A stretch of 64,000 bases of DNA from Prochlorococcus sp. AG-409-F19 (lineage in GTDB: Bacteria > Cyanobacteriota > Cyanobacteriia > PCC-6307 > Cyanobiaceae), in assembly GCA_003215795.1 (NCBI GenBank), contig QCJV01000001.1, positions 20,548 to 84,547 of the forward strand, given 5' to 3'. The position numbers and the translations under genes were made by a program. Below the pieces are notes generated by a model, which saw nothing but the letters and a program-made list of their open reading frames with translations, was not told where the DNA came from and ran no database searches. Shown piece after piece: positions 54,432 through 64,000 of this stretch (position 1 is its first letter; each line of letters starts with the position of its first letter).

Positions 54432-54513
54432 GTTTTGTACCCGTTTCTTTTATTTAACCTAAACTAGCGATTTTGGATGGTTATTTCATCCTTATATATC
54501 CCTTTCAACAGCC

Positions 54514-56316
54514 TTAACCCTGGGCGGATAGAAAATTAGTCTGATTATTTATGGGAGGAATCTTTTCAACAACAATTAAACTTTCGATAATTTTTTTAGC
54601 CACTGGCACAGCAACGGTAGAACCATAAGCATATGGTCTTTTGGGGCTGTCTACTGCCACTGCGACAACGAACCTAGGCTGTTCTAGTGGCAAAATGGCC
54701 ACAAAGCTACATATTTTAGAATCATAATTAATTCCATCATTTGTTTGATCCGCCGTTCCAGTTTTTCCACCTATTCGATAATTTTCGATTTTCACACCTT
54801 TACCGCTTCCATTCTCAACAACTGATTCCATCCAACCCAGCACAGTTCTAGTTGCATCAGGACTTAAGAGTAATTCATCCTTCTTATTTGTCTCCTTAGA
54901 AGTAGTGATTGAAGCAGGAAAGCTTTTTCTTATATGAGGCTCCACTAGTCTTCCACCGTTTGCAATTAAAGCATGTAGTTGAACTAGCTTCAATGGTGTT
55001 ATGGAAAAGCCCTGTCCATACGAAGCAACTGCCTGATGAATAGGTTGCTTCAAAAAAAGCTCTTTCTCCTTAAGGTGGCCTGGAACGGCACCTGGTAAAT
55101 CTGTTATAGGTGCTCTACTTATTCCTAACTGATTTAATCGTTCCCAATAATTTGAAGGGTTAAGCTTTTGCATAATATTCACCATCCCAACATTACTAGA
55201 AACTTGAAGAACTTTTGCAAAATCAAGAAGTCCATTGGACTTCTTGTTCCAATTAGTTAAAGGCCAGCCTCCAACATTTACAATACCTGAATCATAGACC
55301 GTTCCATTCGGTTCAATTGCGCCTTCCTCAAGTGCCAATGCAAGATTTATAGGTTTAAAAGTTGACCCTGGTTCAAATAATTCTTGAACAGACCACTCCT
55401 TATATAAAGTTGACTTATATTCCCAATATTTATTGGGATCATAAGTCGGAGTTGATGCTAAAACTAAAAGCTCACCGTTTTCGACATTCATTACAATTGC
55501 GACTCCTTTCTTGGCCTTCCAAGAAGCCAACTGCTCTCTAAGAGCATTAATAGCAACCTCTTGCAATCGTGCGTCAAGAGTCAAATTAACATGATCCTTG
55601 TCAACAGCAAATACACCAGCTTCTATATCAGTTGGCAAAGGAGTGCCGTCCCTCCCAAACCTATAGCTTCTAGATTTTTCTTTCTGCAACAACTCATTGT
55701 TTAAACTTAACTCGAGGCCAGCTTGAGGAATACGATCGTAATCTAGAAAACCAACAACGTTTGAGAACAAGTCATCTTGGGGGTAGATCCTCTGTACATA
55801 AGGTTCTAAGTCTAATCCATCAATGCGTAGATTTTCTATCTTCGATGCAATAATTGGCGTCAATCCCTCAATTATTTTCACACCTGTTTCTTCAGCATAA
55901 AAAGCCTCAATTAATTTCTTCTTAGTTAACGGCAAGACACTCTCTAGTCTTGCTGCAACCTCCTCAGGTCTCCGAAATACACCTTGTAAATCTCCAACAA
56001 ATTTAAAATTTGCAGGGTGTGCATATAATCTATACTTCTTCTCATCAAGTGCAATCAATCTTCCTCGACGATCAACAATGGAACGCCTCCTCCCTAATGG
56101 TTCAATTTTTCTTGTTTGATAATCGCGAGCACGTGCCTCTAGCGCAAAGCCCTCAACTAATTGCAACCGGGCAATTCTACCCATTAAACCCAATAAAGCC
56201 AAACAAAGAAGAGAGAATGTGAGCTTTAATCTAAAAGACGGGATTGGAGAAAGTGGAACAACTTTGAGGCGTTTCTTTCTCAAAAGAGAAGTACGGCGGG
56301 GATTTTTAATTACCAT
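54514..56316 (-). CDS. ftsI: Class B penicillin-binding protein (FtsI/PBP3)
   Basis: N-terminal TM; EPGSTFK, SSN and KTGT motifs. Confidence 0.85.
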   Translation of the reverse strand: MVIKNPRRTSLLRKKRLKVVPLSPIPSFRLKLTFSLLCLALLGLMGRIARLQLVEGFALEARARDYQTRKIEPLGRRRSIVDRRGRLIALDEKKYRLYAHPANFKFVGDLQGVFRRPEEVAARLESVLPLTKKKLIEAFYAEETGVKIIEGLTPIIASKIENLRIDGLDLEPYVQRIYPQDDLFSNVVGFLDYDRIPQAGLELSLNNELLQKEKSRSYRFGRDGTPLPTDIEAGVFAVDKDHVNLTLDARLQEVAINALREQLASWKAKKGVAIVMNVENGELLVLASTPTYDPNKYWEYKSTLYKEWSVQELFEPGSTFKPINLALALEEGAIEPNGTVYDSGIVNVGGWPLTNWNKKSNGLLDFAKVLQVSSNVGMVNIMQKLNPSNYWERLNQLGISRAPITDLPGAVPGHLKEKELFLKQPIHQAVASYGQGFSITPLKLVQLHALIANGGRLVEPHIRKSFPASITTSKETNKKDELLLSPDATRTVLGWMESVVENGSGKGVKIENYRIGGKTGTADQTNDGINYDSKICSFVAILPLEQPRFVVAVAVDSPKRPYAYGSTVAVPVAKKIIESLIVVEKIPPINNQTNFLSAQG

Positions 56317-56780
56317 TAATAGCCATTGGAACTTGGGTGTACTAAAGAGGTGATCTCTCGACCAATAGTCCCTAAAAAATCCTTAAATCGAGTTTGTCTT
56401 TCTCGAGGTTTGTCAACATAAATCAGATGAGCAGACGTAGTTGGGACCAGAGCATTGGGAGGAGAAGCGCTTGCAAGAAAATATTTCTCTAATGTTGCTG
56501 TTGACTCTTCAATTCGATGAATCAAGTCTCTTGTAAGATGAAGTCTAGAAAAATTAAGTGTCCAAAGATGTTGAGAATGCAACGCCAAGCTAGTTAGGAC
56601 CGCGCCAGAAATAATAATTCCGGCAAGAGCGCCATCTATACCTCTATGCAAGTTTAATAACAATGGATACTTTCTTAAGATATTATTAGTAGCAAATGAA
56701 GCTTTAAATAAAGCAACTGCTTTTTGTGAACAATTCTTTTGAAAGCTCAATTCTGATTTTGTATGCTTAAAAGTAACCAC
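56316..56780 (-). CDS. Single-TM protein translationally coupled to ftsI (FtsL candidate)
   Basis: TM followed by a Leu-rich helix; TAATG stop/start overlap with ftsI. Confidence 0.65.
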   Translation of the reverse strand: MVTFKHTKSELSFQKNCSQKAVALFKASFATNNILRKYPLLLNLHRGIDGALAGIIISGAVLTSLALHSQHLWTLNFSRLHLTRDLIHRIEESTATLEKYFLASASPPNALVPTTSAHLIYVDKPRERQTRFKDFLGTIGREITSLVHPSSNGY

Positions 56781-56865
56781 TAAAAATATTAGCCCTTAAT
56801 TAAGTCAACCATTAGCTTCAGGACCATGCAAGTCAATGCTAAATATTCTGATTAAAAAATTTTAC

Positions 56866-58227
56866 TTAACCACTGAGTATTAATAAATTTACAAAAGTAA
56901 CTCCATTCCACAAAGAATGCATAAGAACGCATGGCAATAAACGTGCAGAGCTTAATCGTAAAATCGCAAGTCCCATTCCCAATACAAACAGTGGTGGCAT
57001 TTCACCAACACTTAAATGTGCCAATGCAAAAACTAAGGCGCTAACAACTATTGCTAATATTGGGCCTTGTTTGTTAAGTAAAACAGGTAATAGAACTCCT
57101 CTAAAAACTAATTCTTCAAAGAGTGGTGCCATAAACACAGTTGTGACAAAAAGAACCGATAAAGCCCAAAAATTCCGACTACTTAAAACCATTTCCAGCA
57201 AGGGATTACTCCCTCCTGGATCTCCAAAGAAGAAGGTTGTTAGCCAACTTACCAAAAGCACCAAAGGCATCACCATTAGCCATCCTTTTAAAGCCTCAAG
57301 AAATGATTTCCAAAAAGATCCAAATCCCCATTGAATCCAACCACCTTCTACCACCTCGAGATTAAGACTCTTGACCTGCTGATTAAGGATTAACAAGGGT
57401 GGCACAGTCATTGCAATGTATCCAATTAATACTTTCAAAGACTCTTTTAAAGGGCTAGGGACTTCTTTTATAAAAACTTCACTTAAAGGTAATGTCAGAA
57501 GAGGAGTAATGAGTTCTCCTAATACAACAAAGCCACCTGCTACTAAAAGCACCAAATCAATGGTTGAGAGAGGGAGGGAATAAACATCTGGCCATGGGAG
57601 AGATGTCTTGCGAACAAAAATCCACCCCTGCCAAATCAATAGAAATATCCCTAACAATGTTGCTAGAAGAGGCAGCAATTGACTGAGGATTAACCTCACA
57701 GCCATTTGCCTTGAAGTGCTTGCCTCATAACAGATTTCAGGAGGTCCACCTATAGAAAGACACGTAAGCCTATATAACAATGGATCTGCTTTCACAACTT
57801 GAAGGTTCTCCAAAAAATCATTGACTTTGGAGTTGTTTTGCTTCTGAAGACTATCTAATAAATTAACTCTGATTTTCTCAAGAGATGGCTCTGAAAAATT
57901 ATCATTTAGAAGGTAGCGAAGTTCAGTGTCCGATGATTCGATAGAAGCAAGTAAAAGCTTCTCCCTAGCATCAAGGTCATTAACATCAACACTACTCAGA
58001 GTTTTTTTTAGTTCTATTTTTGGATCTTCTCCAACTAACAATTGTCTTAAAATGCTCGGGAGTGAAGGTTCTGCTAAAAGAGCCATCTCTCTTTGATTAA
58101 GCGCAAGCTTTGGACTAACAGAAGGCCTGTCAAAGCTTTCTTGCAAACCACGTTGCCAAACCAGAACTGTTAGCAAAATAGAAAAAATTGCCAACAAAAC
58201 TTTCCAGCCAGGGGTAGTTTTCCTCAT
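56866..58227 (-). CDS. CPBP/Abi intramembrane glutamic endopeptidase
   Basis: APLFEELVFRG, FALAH and HSLWN motifs; ATG 58227 preferred. Confidence 0.9.
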   Translation of the reverse strand: MRKTTPGWKVLLAIFSILLTVLVWQRGLQESFDRPSVSPKLALNQREMALLAEPSLPSILRQLLVGEDPKIELKKTLSSVDVNDLDAREKLLLASIESSDTELRYLLNDNFSEPSLEKIRVNLLDSLQKQNNSKVNDFLENLQVVKADPLLYRLTCLSIGGPPEICYEASTSRQMAVRLILSQLLPLLATLLGIFLLIWQGWIFVRKTSLPWPDVYSLPLSTIDLVLLVAGGFVVLGELITPLLTLPLSEVFIKEVPSPLKESLKVLIGYIAMTVPPLLILNQQVKSLNLEVVEGGWIQWGFGSFWKSFLEALKGWLMVMPLVLLVSWLTTFFFGDPGGSNPLLEMVLSSRNFWALSVLFVTTVFMAPLFEELVFRGVLLPVLLNKQGPILAIVVSALVFALAHLSVGEMPPLFVLGMGLAILRLSSARLLPCVLMHSLWNGVTFVNLLILSG

Positions 58228-58335
58228 GAAAAATAGGCTCAAAGAAACGAAATGAGCAAAATTCAACCCTCATTCCCAAATCAACATTAGGTTGGCAGAG
58301 TATCCATCGGATGAATTCGTAAAAAACCTCTGCCA

Positions 58336-59667
58336 ATGACCTTACGCCTTCTACTAATACGTCATGGTTTAAGTAGTTACAACCGTGAAAAACGAATACA
58401 AGGTCGAAATGATCTTTCAACACTTACGCCAGAAGGGGTTTCACAAGCTTCAAAGATAGGAGAAGCACTGAAAGGACTACCAATTCATGCAATTTACAGT
58501 TCTCCCCTTAGAAGGGCTTCAGACACTGCCTCCGAATTACTACGAGTTCACTCAACAAGCAAAAATCTCATTATTGACAATGATCTTCTAGAGATTGATC
58601 TAGCTCCCTGGAGCGGACTTACTGTTGATGAAGTCAAAAGTAAGTTTCCTAATTCATACCAAACTTGGAAAAAATCACCAAATGAACTAACGCTTAAACG
58701 AGAGGATGGAATTACTTATAACCCAATCCAAGAATTAATGGATCAAGCTGAGCGGTTTTTAAGTAGAATTTTTGCAACACATAAATCAGATAAAAATGAG
58801 AACATAGTTCTTGTTGCTCATAATGCAATTCTACGTTGTCTAATCTTGAAATTGTTAGGCAGTCCAAAAGCTGGCCTAAGGAGAATCAGACTAGACAATG
58901 CATCATTGTCAATTTTTAATATTGAAATTGATAATAGAATCCAAGTTGGTGTTCAAATAGAGTCATTAAATAGCACGACTCATTTAAAACCTACGTTTCC
59001 CTCAAAAGGCAAGCATGGAAGAATGATTCTTGTTCGTCATGGGGAAACAGATTGGAATAAGGAAGGGAGATTCCAAGGACAAATAGATGTTCCTCTAAAT
59101 AACAATGGAAAGCAACAAGCAGTTGCAGCTGGTTTGTTTTTAAAAGACGTTAATTTCGATAGAGTCTACAGTAGCTGTATGTCAAGGCCTACTGAAACGG
59201 CAAAAATTATTTTAGGAACTCACCCACCTATAGCAATCAAAGCAAAAAGTGATTTAAAAGAAATAAGCCATGGGCTATGGGAAGGAAAACTTGAATCAGA
59301 AATCAAATCAGATTGGGGGGAGTTACTTCTTGCGTGGCAAACTTCTCCTGAGAATGTTCAAATGCCTGAAGGTGAAAGTATAAAAGACGTATCCGATCGT
59401 GCGACTAAATGCTGGGAAAATATTCGCAACAGTCTTTCCCCTGATGAAACCGTCCTAATAGTTGCTCATGATGCAGTGAATAAAACTATTCTTTGTAACA
59501 TTCTTGGCCTAACTAATTCTGACATATGGAAAGTCAAGCAAGGGAATGGAGCTGTTTCAATAGTAGACATATCTGAAGACAATGCGTTACCAGATGTCGT
59601 AACCTGTCTGAATATCACCTCACACCTAGGAGGTATTATTGATACGACAGCCCAAGGAGCCCTATAA
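58336..59667 (+). CDS. Tandem histidine phosphatase (GpmB-like)
   Basis: Two RHG domains (IRHGLS, VRHGETDWN), each with a VAH. Confidence 0.9.
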   Translation: MTLRLLLIRHGLSSYNREKRIQGRNDLSTLTPEGVSQASKIGEALKGLPIHAIYSSPLRRASDTASELLRVHSTSKNLIIDNDLLEIDLAPWSGLTVDEVKSKFPNSYQTWKKSPNELTLKREDGITYNPIQELMDQAERFLSRIFATHKSDKNENIVLVAHNAILRCLILKLLGSPKAGLRRIRLDNASLSIFNIEIDNRIQVGVQIESLNSTTHLKPTFPSKGKHGRMILVRHGETDWNKEGRFQGQIDVPLNNNGKQQAVAAGLFLKDVNFDRVYSSCMSRPTETAKIILGTHPPIAIKAKSDLKEISHGLWEGKLESEIKSDWGELLLAWQTSPENVQMPEGESIKDVSDRATKCWENIRNSLSPDETVLIVAHDAVNKTILCNILGLTNSDIWKVKQGNGAVSIVDISEDNALPDVVTCLNITSHLGGIIDTTAQGAL

Positions 59668-59671
59668 GCTC

Positions 59672-60961
59672 ATGAAGAAATCATATCTATTAGATCCTAT
59701 TCAAATTCTTCATAGCTCTGACACAAAAGTTGTTTGCGATAGTGTTCTACTTGTTGACAACCATATCCATGCTTTTGGAGAGGAGGCCAGGGTTAAAGCA
59801 AAGAAGCTGAAAATAACAGCAATATCTGCGAAACATCTTCTGTTAGCCCCTTGCTTAGTAGACCCACATTCAGTCCTAGAGAATCATCTCAATGGCAAAG
59901 TAGAAACAATTTCCACTTTGCTTCTCAAAGCAGCAAAGGCTGGCTACGGTCAAATAGCTCTACTGCCAAGAGGCTCAATCTGGAGAGATAAGCCAGAATA
60001 TCTACAGCCACTAAGCAATTATAAAAAAGATGTATTAATTCACCTCTGGGGAAGCTTTAGTCAAAAAGGAAAAGGGAAAGAACTCTCGCCTCACAAAGAG
60101 TTACTTGATTTTAATGCTGTTGGATTGGCTGACGATGATTCGATAATTCCCATTGAGTTGCTCAGAAAGGGAATCATGTTAAATGAGCTTCAAGACAAGC
60201 CCCTTCTCGTTGCACCAAGAGACAAGACAATTCAAGGAGATGGCATTGCCCGAGAAGCAGTAGAAGCACTTCGGTCCGGATGGCCTTTAGATCCGATTGA
60301 AAGCGAGACAATCCCACTCGCCATATTGCTTGAACTACAAAAACAATATCCAAAACTCAACCTTCGGCTTATGAATATAGCTACTGCAGATGGTGTTCGC
60401 ATGTTAGCCAGAAATACTAGCAATCCTCTTTCAACTGTGTCTTGGTGGCATTTAGTAGCAGATCAATCATTTCTGACCTCTACAGATATAGGTATACGGG
60501 TAGTACCATCTCTTGGTAATGAAAATGATAGGTTAGCATTAAAAGAAGGACTCCGACGTGGAGTAATTACTGGTGTTTCTGTAAGTGGAGTTGCACTAGA
60601 TGATGCCGAAACGAAGAAGCCAATTAGTGAAAGGGCTCCAGGCCTAAATGGCTATCACTTGGTTCTCCCATTTTTATGGCAGGAATTAATTGAGAAGTCA
60701 AAATGGTCTATTGAAGAATTATGGGAAGCTATTAGCTTTGGCCCTTCTAAGGTTTTGAACCTGCCCGAAGAGAAGTTAAAGATCTTTAGTAACAGGTGGG
60801 TCCTATTTGACCCTAAAAAACAATGGGTTCAGAATAATTTTGATTCAAATCAAAGGCTGGGAACCTCCTCTTCAAATCAACCTTGGAAAGATAGGACAAT
60901 CACAGGTCAAGTAATCGACTGTGGTTTAAGAGCTGAGACTAAAGCGACCCCATTCGACTAA
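59672..60961 (+). CDS. Dihydroorotase-like protein, probably inactive
   Basis: Amidohydrolase scaffold; LVDPHSVLE lacks the second His of HxH; ATG at 59672. Confidence 0.8.
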   Translation: MKKSYLLDPIQILHSSDTKVVCDSVLLVDNHIHAFGEEARVKAKKLKITAISAKHLLLAPCLVDPHSVLENHLNGKVETISTLLLKAAKAGYGQIALLPRGSIWRDKPEYLQPLSNYKKDVLIHLWGSFSQKGKGKELSPHKELLDFNAVGLADDDSIIPIELLRKGIMLNELQDKPLLVAPRDKTIQGDGIAREAVEALRSGWPLDPIESETIPLAILLELQKQYPKLNLRLMNIATADGVRMLARNTSNPLSTVSWWHLVADQSFLTSTDIGIRVVPSLGNENDRLALKEGLRRGVITGVSVSGVALDDAETKKPISERAPGLNGYHLVLPFLWQELIEKSKWSIEELWEAISFGPSKVLNLPEEKLKIFSNRWVLFDPKKQWVQNNFDSNQRLGTSSSNQPWKDRTITGQVIDCGLRAETKATPFD

Positions 60962-61646
60962 GTGGCCAGAACCTCCAAACGGCTCTACCTAAAATCTCAT
61001 TTTCAGGAAGAGCTCCCCAAGATCTACCATCCAAACTATTCGGACGGTTATCACCCAAAACAAAAACATGACTAGGTGGAACTGTTATCTCATGCGATCT
61101 ACATATATTGAATCCATCTTTTGAAGTAGAGCAAAAATTACTCACATAAGGTTCTTTTATAAATTCACTATTAACAAAAGTTCTGCCTTCTGAATTAATG
61201 AAAACATTATCTCCAGCAATAGCTACAACACGCTTAATATATGCATGACATGCTGGATCACTCAGGCCTGAAAAGAAATTAATCACAGGGAAGCTAAGAA
61301 CGGCGCATTTAAAACCAGAAGGGAGAGGGGCTGTACGCATTGAAATCAATTCCTTATTAAAAGAATGCGGAGATTTAAAGACAACAACTTCTCCACGTCT
61401 TGGGGATCTACGAAGGTAAGAAAGTTTTTCTATGACAAGTCGATCATTTATCTGCAGAGTTGGCAACATCGATCCTGAAGGGATATACCTTGCTTCTGCA
61501 ACAAAGTATTTGATTCCAGCGTAGAGAGAAAAAGTTACAAAGATTGGTCCCCAAAAATCCCAGAACTTTGCAAAATTAAAGGTAAGGTTGGCATTGTCAA
61601 GGAAACTCTTTCTTATTTGTTTGTTTTGTTTCGTAACTTTAATCAC
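60939..61646 (-). CDS. lepB: Signal peptidase I
   Basis: IPSGSMLPTL, YIKRV and GDNRPNSLDGR motifs. Confidence 0.94.
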   Translation of the reverse strand: MIKVTKQNKQIRKSFLDNANLTFNFAKFWDFWGPIFVTFSLYAGIKYFVAEARYIPSGSMLPTLQINDRLVIEKLSYLRRSPRRGEVVVFKSPHSFNKELISMRTAPLPSGFKCAVLSFPVINFFSGLSDPACHAYIKRVVAIAGDNVFINSEGRTFVNSEFIKEPYVSNFCSTSKDGFNICRSHEITVPPSHVFVLGDNRPNSLDGRSWGALPENEILGRAVWRFWPLSRMGSL

Positions 61647-61727
61647 AAAGCCTCTTCAATGAACTTAATTACTTACCATAGTCAGATAACAAACTAAATC
61701 ACTAAAAATAGTGAAGACTAAATAATC

Positions 61728-63233
61728 ATGGCCATTCCTCGTTGGCAAGAGGGTAGAAAAATGTCGAATAAAACTTTCTTATTCCATTGGGAAAAGGTAA
61801 TAGCCTTTCTTGCGATAATAAACTTGAGCTGGATACTTTTTGATATTAGCTATTTACCATTAAGAAGCTTTTGGGCAAATCGAGTTATTTTTCTATTCAA
61901 CTCACCATCAATAGTGCTATCACTAAGATGGTTACCAGATATAACAAAACACTATGATCATTTCAAAGGTATCGAAGCTTACTCATCAAGCATAGAGATT
62001 GAATCCTTAATTAACAAGATAGATAGCAAGATTACTTCTAAAGAAGATAGCAAGTCTATACAAAAACTTCTTGACACATCTAATTTCAAAATTGCAAGTA
62101 TTCTAGATAAGAATAACACTCAAAATGAGCAAAGAGATTATGCCAAAATTATGACCATGAGAAATCTAATTATCAGCAGATCTGGTAATTCAAGTTTCGA
62201 AAGTGCCAACAATAAGCTACTGGATTTAAATTATATAAAAGCTTTAGGATGGGAGAATGAAAGGGCTTTCTGGCTAAATCAAATCATCCCTTTAATTAAC
62301 TCAAACTACTCAAGAGAGGTCAATGGAAATGGTAATTTTGTAGACCGTACATGGAAAATAGATCTTCCTTTTCAACTTATATTTTTATTAGATATCTTTA
62401 TTAAAATAAAGATAATTCAAGCCCGTTTCCAAGGCATTAGCCTACATAGATCATTACAAAAAAGATGGTTAGATTTGCCTCTTTTATTGCCTTACTATCG
62501 GTTCCTGCGAATCATTCCAACTTCTGAGAGGATATTGCAAGGCAAGCTTATTCCAATTGAACCTATTCGTTCTGCAATCAGCCAATGGGTAGTATCAGTT
62601 TTAGCAATTGAAATTTTTGAAGTTCTAACTATAAAAGCTATTGACTCCATGCAAAATATTATAAGATCACCTATTCTGCCAACAAAAATAAGAGGTCTTT
62701 GCAGTTACGAGTCAATTAATGATAAAGGAAGCTCGGAGATTGCAGAATTTTTTCGAATATGGATACCATTAATACTTAGAAGAATTGGCCCAAACATGAG
62801 GAATCAACTTATCGAACTTTTTGAGTATGCACTTCAGAAAAACATTCAGGTCAATTCCTTGCCAAAGATTCTTAAAGGTAAATTAGCAGTTGAAAAAGCA
62901 GAGTCTGCAATAAGTTTTCAACTAGCTTCTAGCATGGTAGATACACTTTTAGATCTATCTAAAAATGCTGGCAATCAAATTGCTAAAAAAGACTTAGAAT
63001 TTAATAAGCTAAGCATAAATACTATTGATAAATTCTGGGAAGAGTTAGCAACTGCATTAGAGAATGACCCAAGGCTCAAAGATAGTAAATTACTTTTAGT
63101 TTCTATACTTGAAGGTCTTAAGTTATCAAGCCTTAATGAATTTAAAAATCAAACAGGGGTAAGTGAAATCATTGCCGAATTAGATAATTTAAATTTCAGC
63201 TCCGGAAGGAATTCTCCCAAGCAATCTTCTTAA
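61728..63233 (+). CDS. Hypothetical membrane protein
   Basis: 501-aa ORF with several hydrophobic segments and a helical C-terminal domain. Confidence 0.8.
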   Translation: MAIPRWQEGRKMSNKTFLFHWEKVIAFLAIINLSWILFDISYLPLRSFWANRVIFLFNSPSIVLSLRWLPDITKHYDHFKGIEAYSSSIEIESLINKIDSKITSKEDSKSIQKLLDTSNFKIASILDKNNTQNEQRDYAKIMTMRNLIISRSGNSSFESANNKLLDLNYIKALGWENERAFWLNQIIPLINSNYSREVNGNGNFVDRTWKIDLPFQLIFLLDIFIKIKIIQARFQGISLHRSLQKRWLDLPLLLPYYRFLRIIPTSERILQGKLIPIEPIRSAISQWVVSVLAIEIFEVLTIKAIDSMQNIIRSPILPTKIRGLCSYESINDKGSSEIAEFFRIWIPLILRRIGPNMRNQLIELFEYALQKNIQVNSLPKILKGKLAVEKAESAISFQLASSMVDTLLDLSKNAGNQIAKKDLEFNKLSINTIDKFWEELATALENDPRLKDSKLLLVSILEGLKLSSLNEFKNQTGVSEIIAELDNLNFSSGRNSPKQSS

Positions 63234-63558
63234 AACCAACCAGAATATCTCCATTAGGATGTATTAGAAAAGGGCGCTTAATTAATTTACTATCTGATAG
63301 TAATAACTTTATAACATCATTATCACTCATTTTTTTTATTGTATCTGATCCTATTGTGCGATAGCTTTTACCGCTAGTGTTTAAAAGATACTTCCTATCA
63401 CCAAGTTGCTTAATAGCCTCTACAAAAACTTGTCTAGAAGGGGGACAATTTATTATGTCTACCAATTGATACTCAATCTTATTTTCATTCAACCAATCAA
63501 TTGCTTTTCTACAAGTGCCACAGCGGCTATAGCTGAAAATTTTCACAGAAGCTTCCAT
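63196..63558 (-). CDS. ArsC/Spx/MgsR family protein
   Basis: YSRCGTCRKA, NTSGKSYR and LIKRP motifs. Confidence 0.88.
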   Translation of the reverse strand: MEASVKIFSYSRCGTCRKAIDWLNENKIEYQLVDIINCPPSRQVFVEAIKQLGDRKYLLNTSGKSYRTIGSDTIKKMSDNDVIKLLLSDSKLIKRPFLIHPNGDILVGFKKIAWENSFRS

Positions 63559-63567
63559 AAATTAAGA

Positions 63568-63999
63568 CTAGCAAGGCCTAATATAATTACTTGCCTTGAT
63601 ACAATTTACAAGTAACTCATCAACAGCATCAAAATCACGCCATCCATCAATAATGACTACTCTGCCTTCTAGGCTTTTGTATGTTCTAAAAAATTCTGCC
63701 ACGTCTTCTAACTGATTGGGCGCAATTTGCCGAATACTTGTAATTCCTTTTTGTCTCGGGTCTGCAACAGGAACACATAGCAACTTGCCATCATAGGCTC
63801 CTGAGTCATGCATATCTAAAACACCTATAGGTCTAGCCTTGATTAAACATCCTGCAAACGTAGGCTCCTGCATAATGACCAGTGCATCTAAAGGAGCGCC
63901 ATCTTCAGCAAGCGTATTTGGTACAAAACCATAATCAAAAGGATAGCGAACTGATGAATGAAGGACTCTATCAAGAGCCATCAGTCCAGCCTCTGAACA
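63568..63999 (-). CDS. ppa: Inorganic pyrophosphatase (5' end lies beyond the window)
   Basis: [32 protein letters not shown] and FFRTYK motifs; frame open to the window edge. Confidence 0.94.
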   Translation of the reverse strand, partial: CSEAGLMALDRVLHSSVRYPFDYGFVPNTLAEDGAPLDALVIMQEPTFAGCLIKARPIGVLDMHDSGAYDGKLLCVPVADPRQKGITSIRQIAPNQLEDVAEFFRTYKSLEGRVVIIDGWRDFDAVDELLVNCIKASNYIRPC

Positions 64000-64000
64000 A

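Overview
AT-rich core chromosome segment from a marine picocyanobacterium, most consistent with a low-light Prochlorococcus. The basis is an alpha-carboxysome locus with form IA RuBisCO, an extra csoS1E-type shell gene, and both DPOR and LPOR. It carries the cso cluster (csoS1D, csoS1-cbbL-cbbS-csoS2-csoSCA-csoS4A-csoS4B-csoS1E, acRAF), chlNB/chlL/por, a psaM missed by the ORF track, ado-aar-accA, dnaA without dnaN, an intron-less tRNA-Leu(UAA) and housekeeping genes. I found no CRISPR array, rRNA, IS element or prophage, and I cannot claim a clear-cut novel system. The best leads are a perfect 23-bp LysR-type palindrome upstream of the carboxysome operon, a site-2 protease whose HExxH reads RExxH, a voltage-sensor-like membrane protein with no pore, FtsL- and FtsB-like orphans, an intact tyrosine recombinase without cargo, and a TIGR04282/04283 transferase pair lacking its radical-SAM partner. 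All family assignments come from motif recognition by eye; no searches were run.
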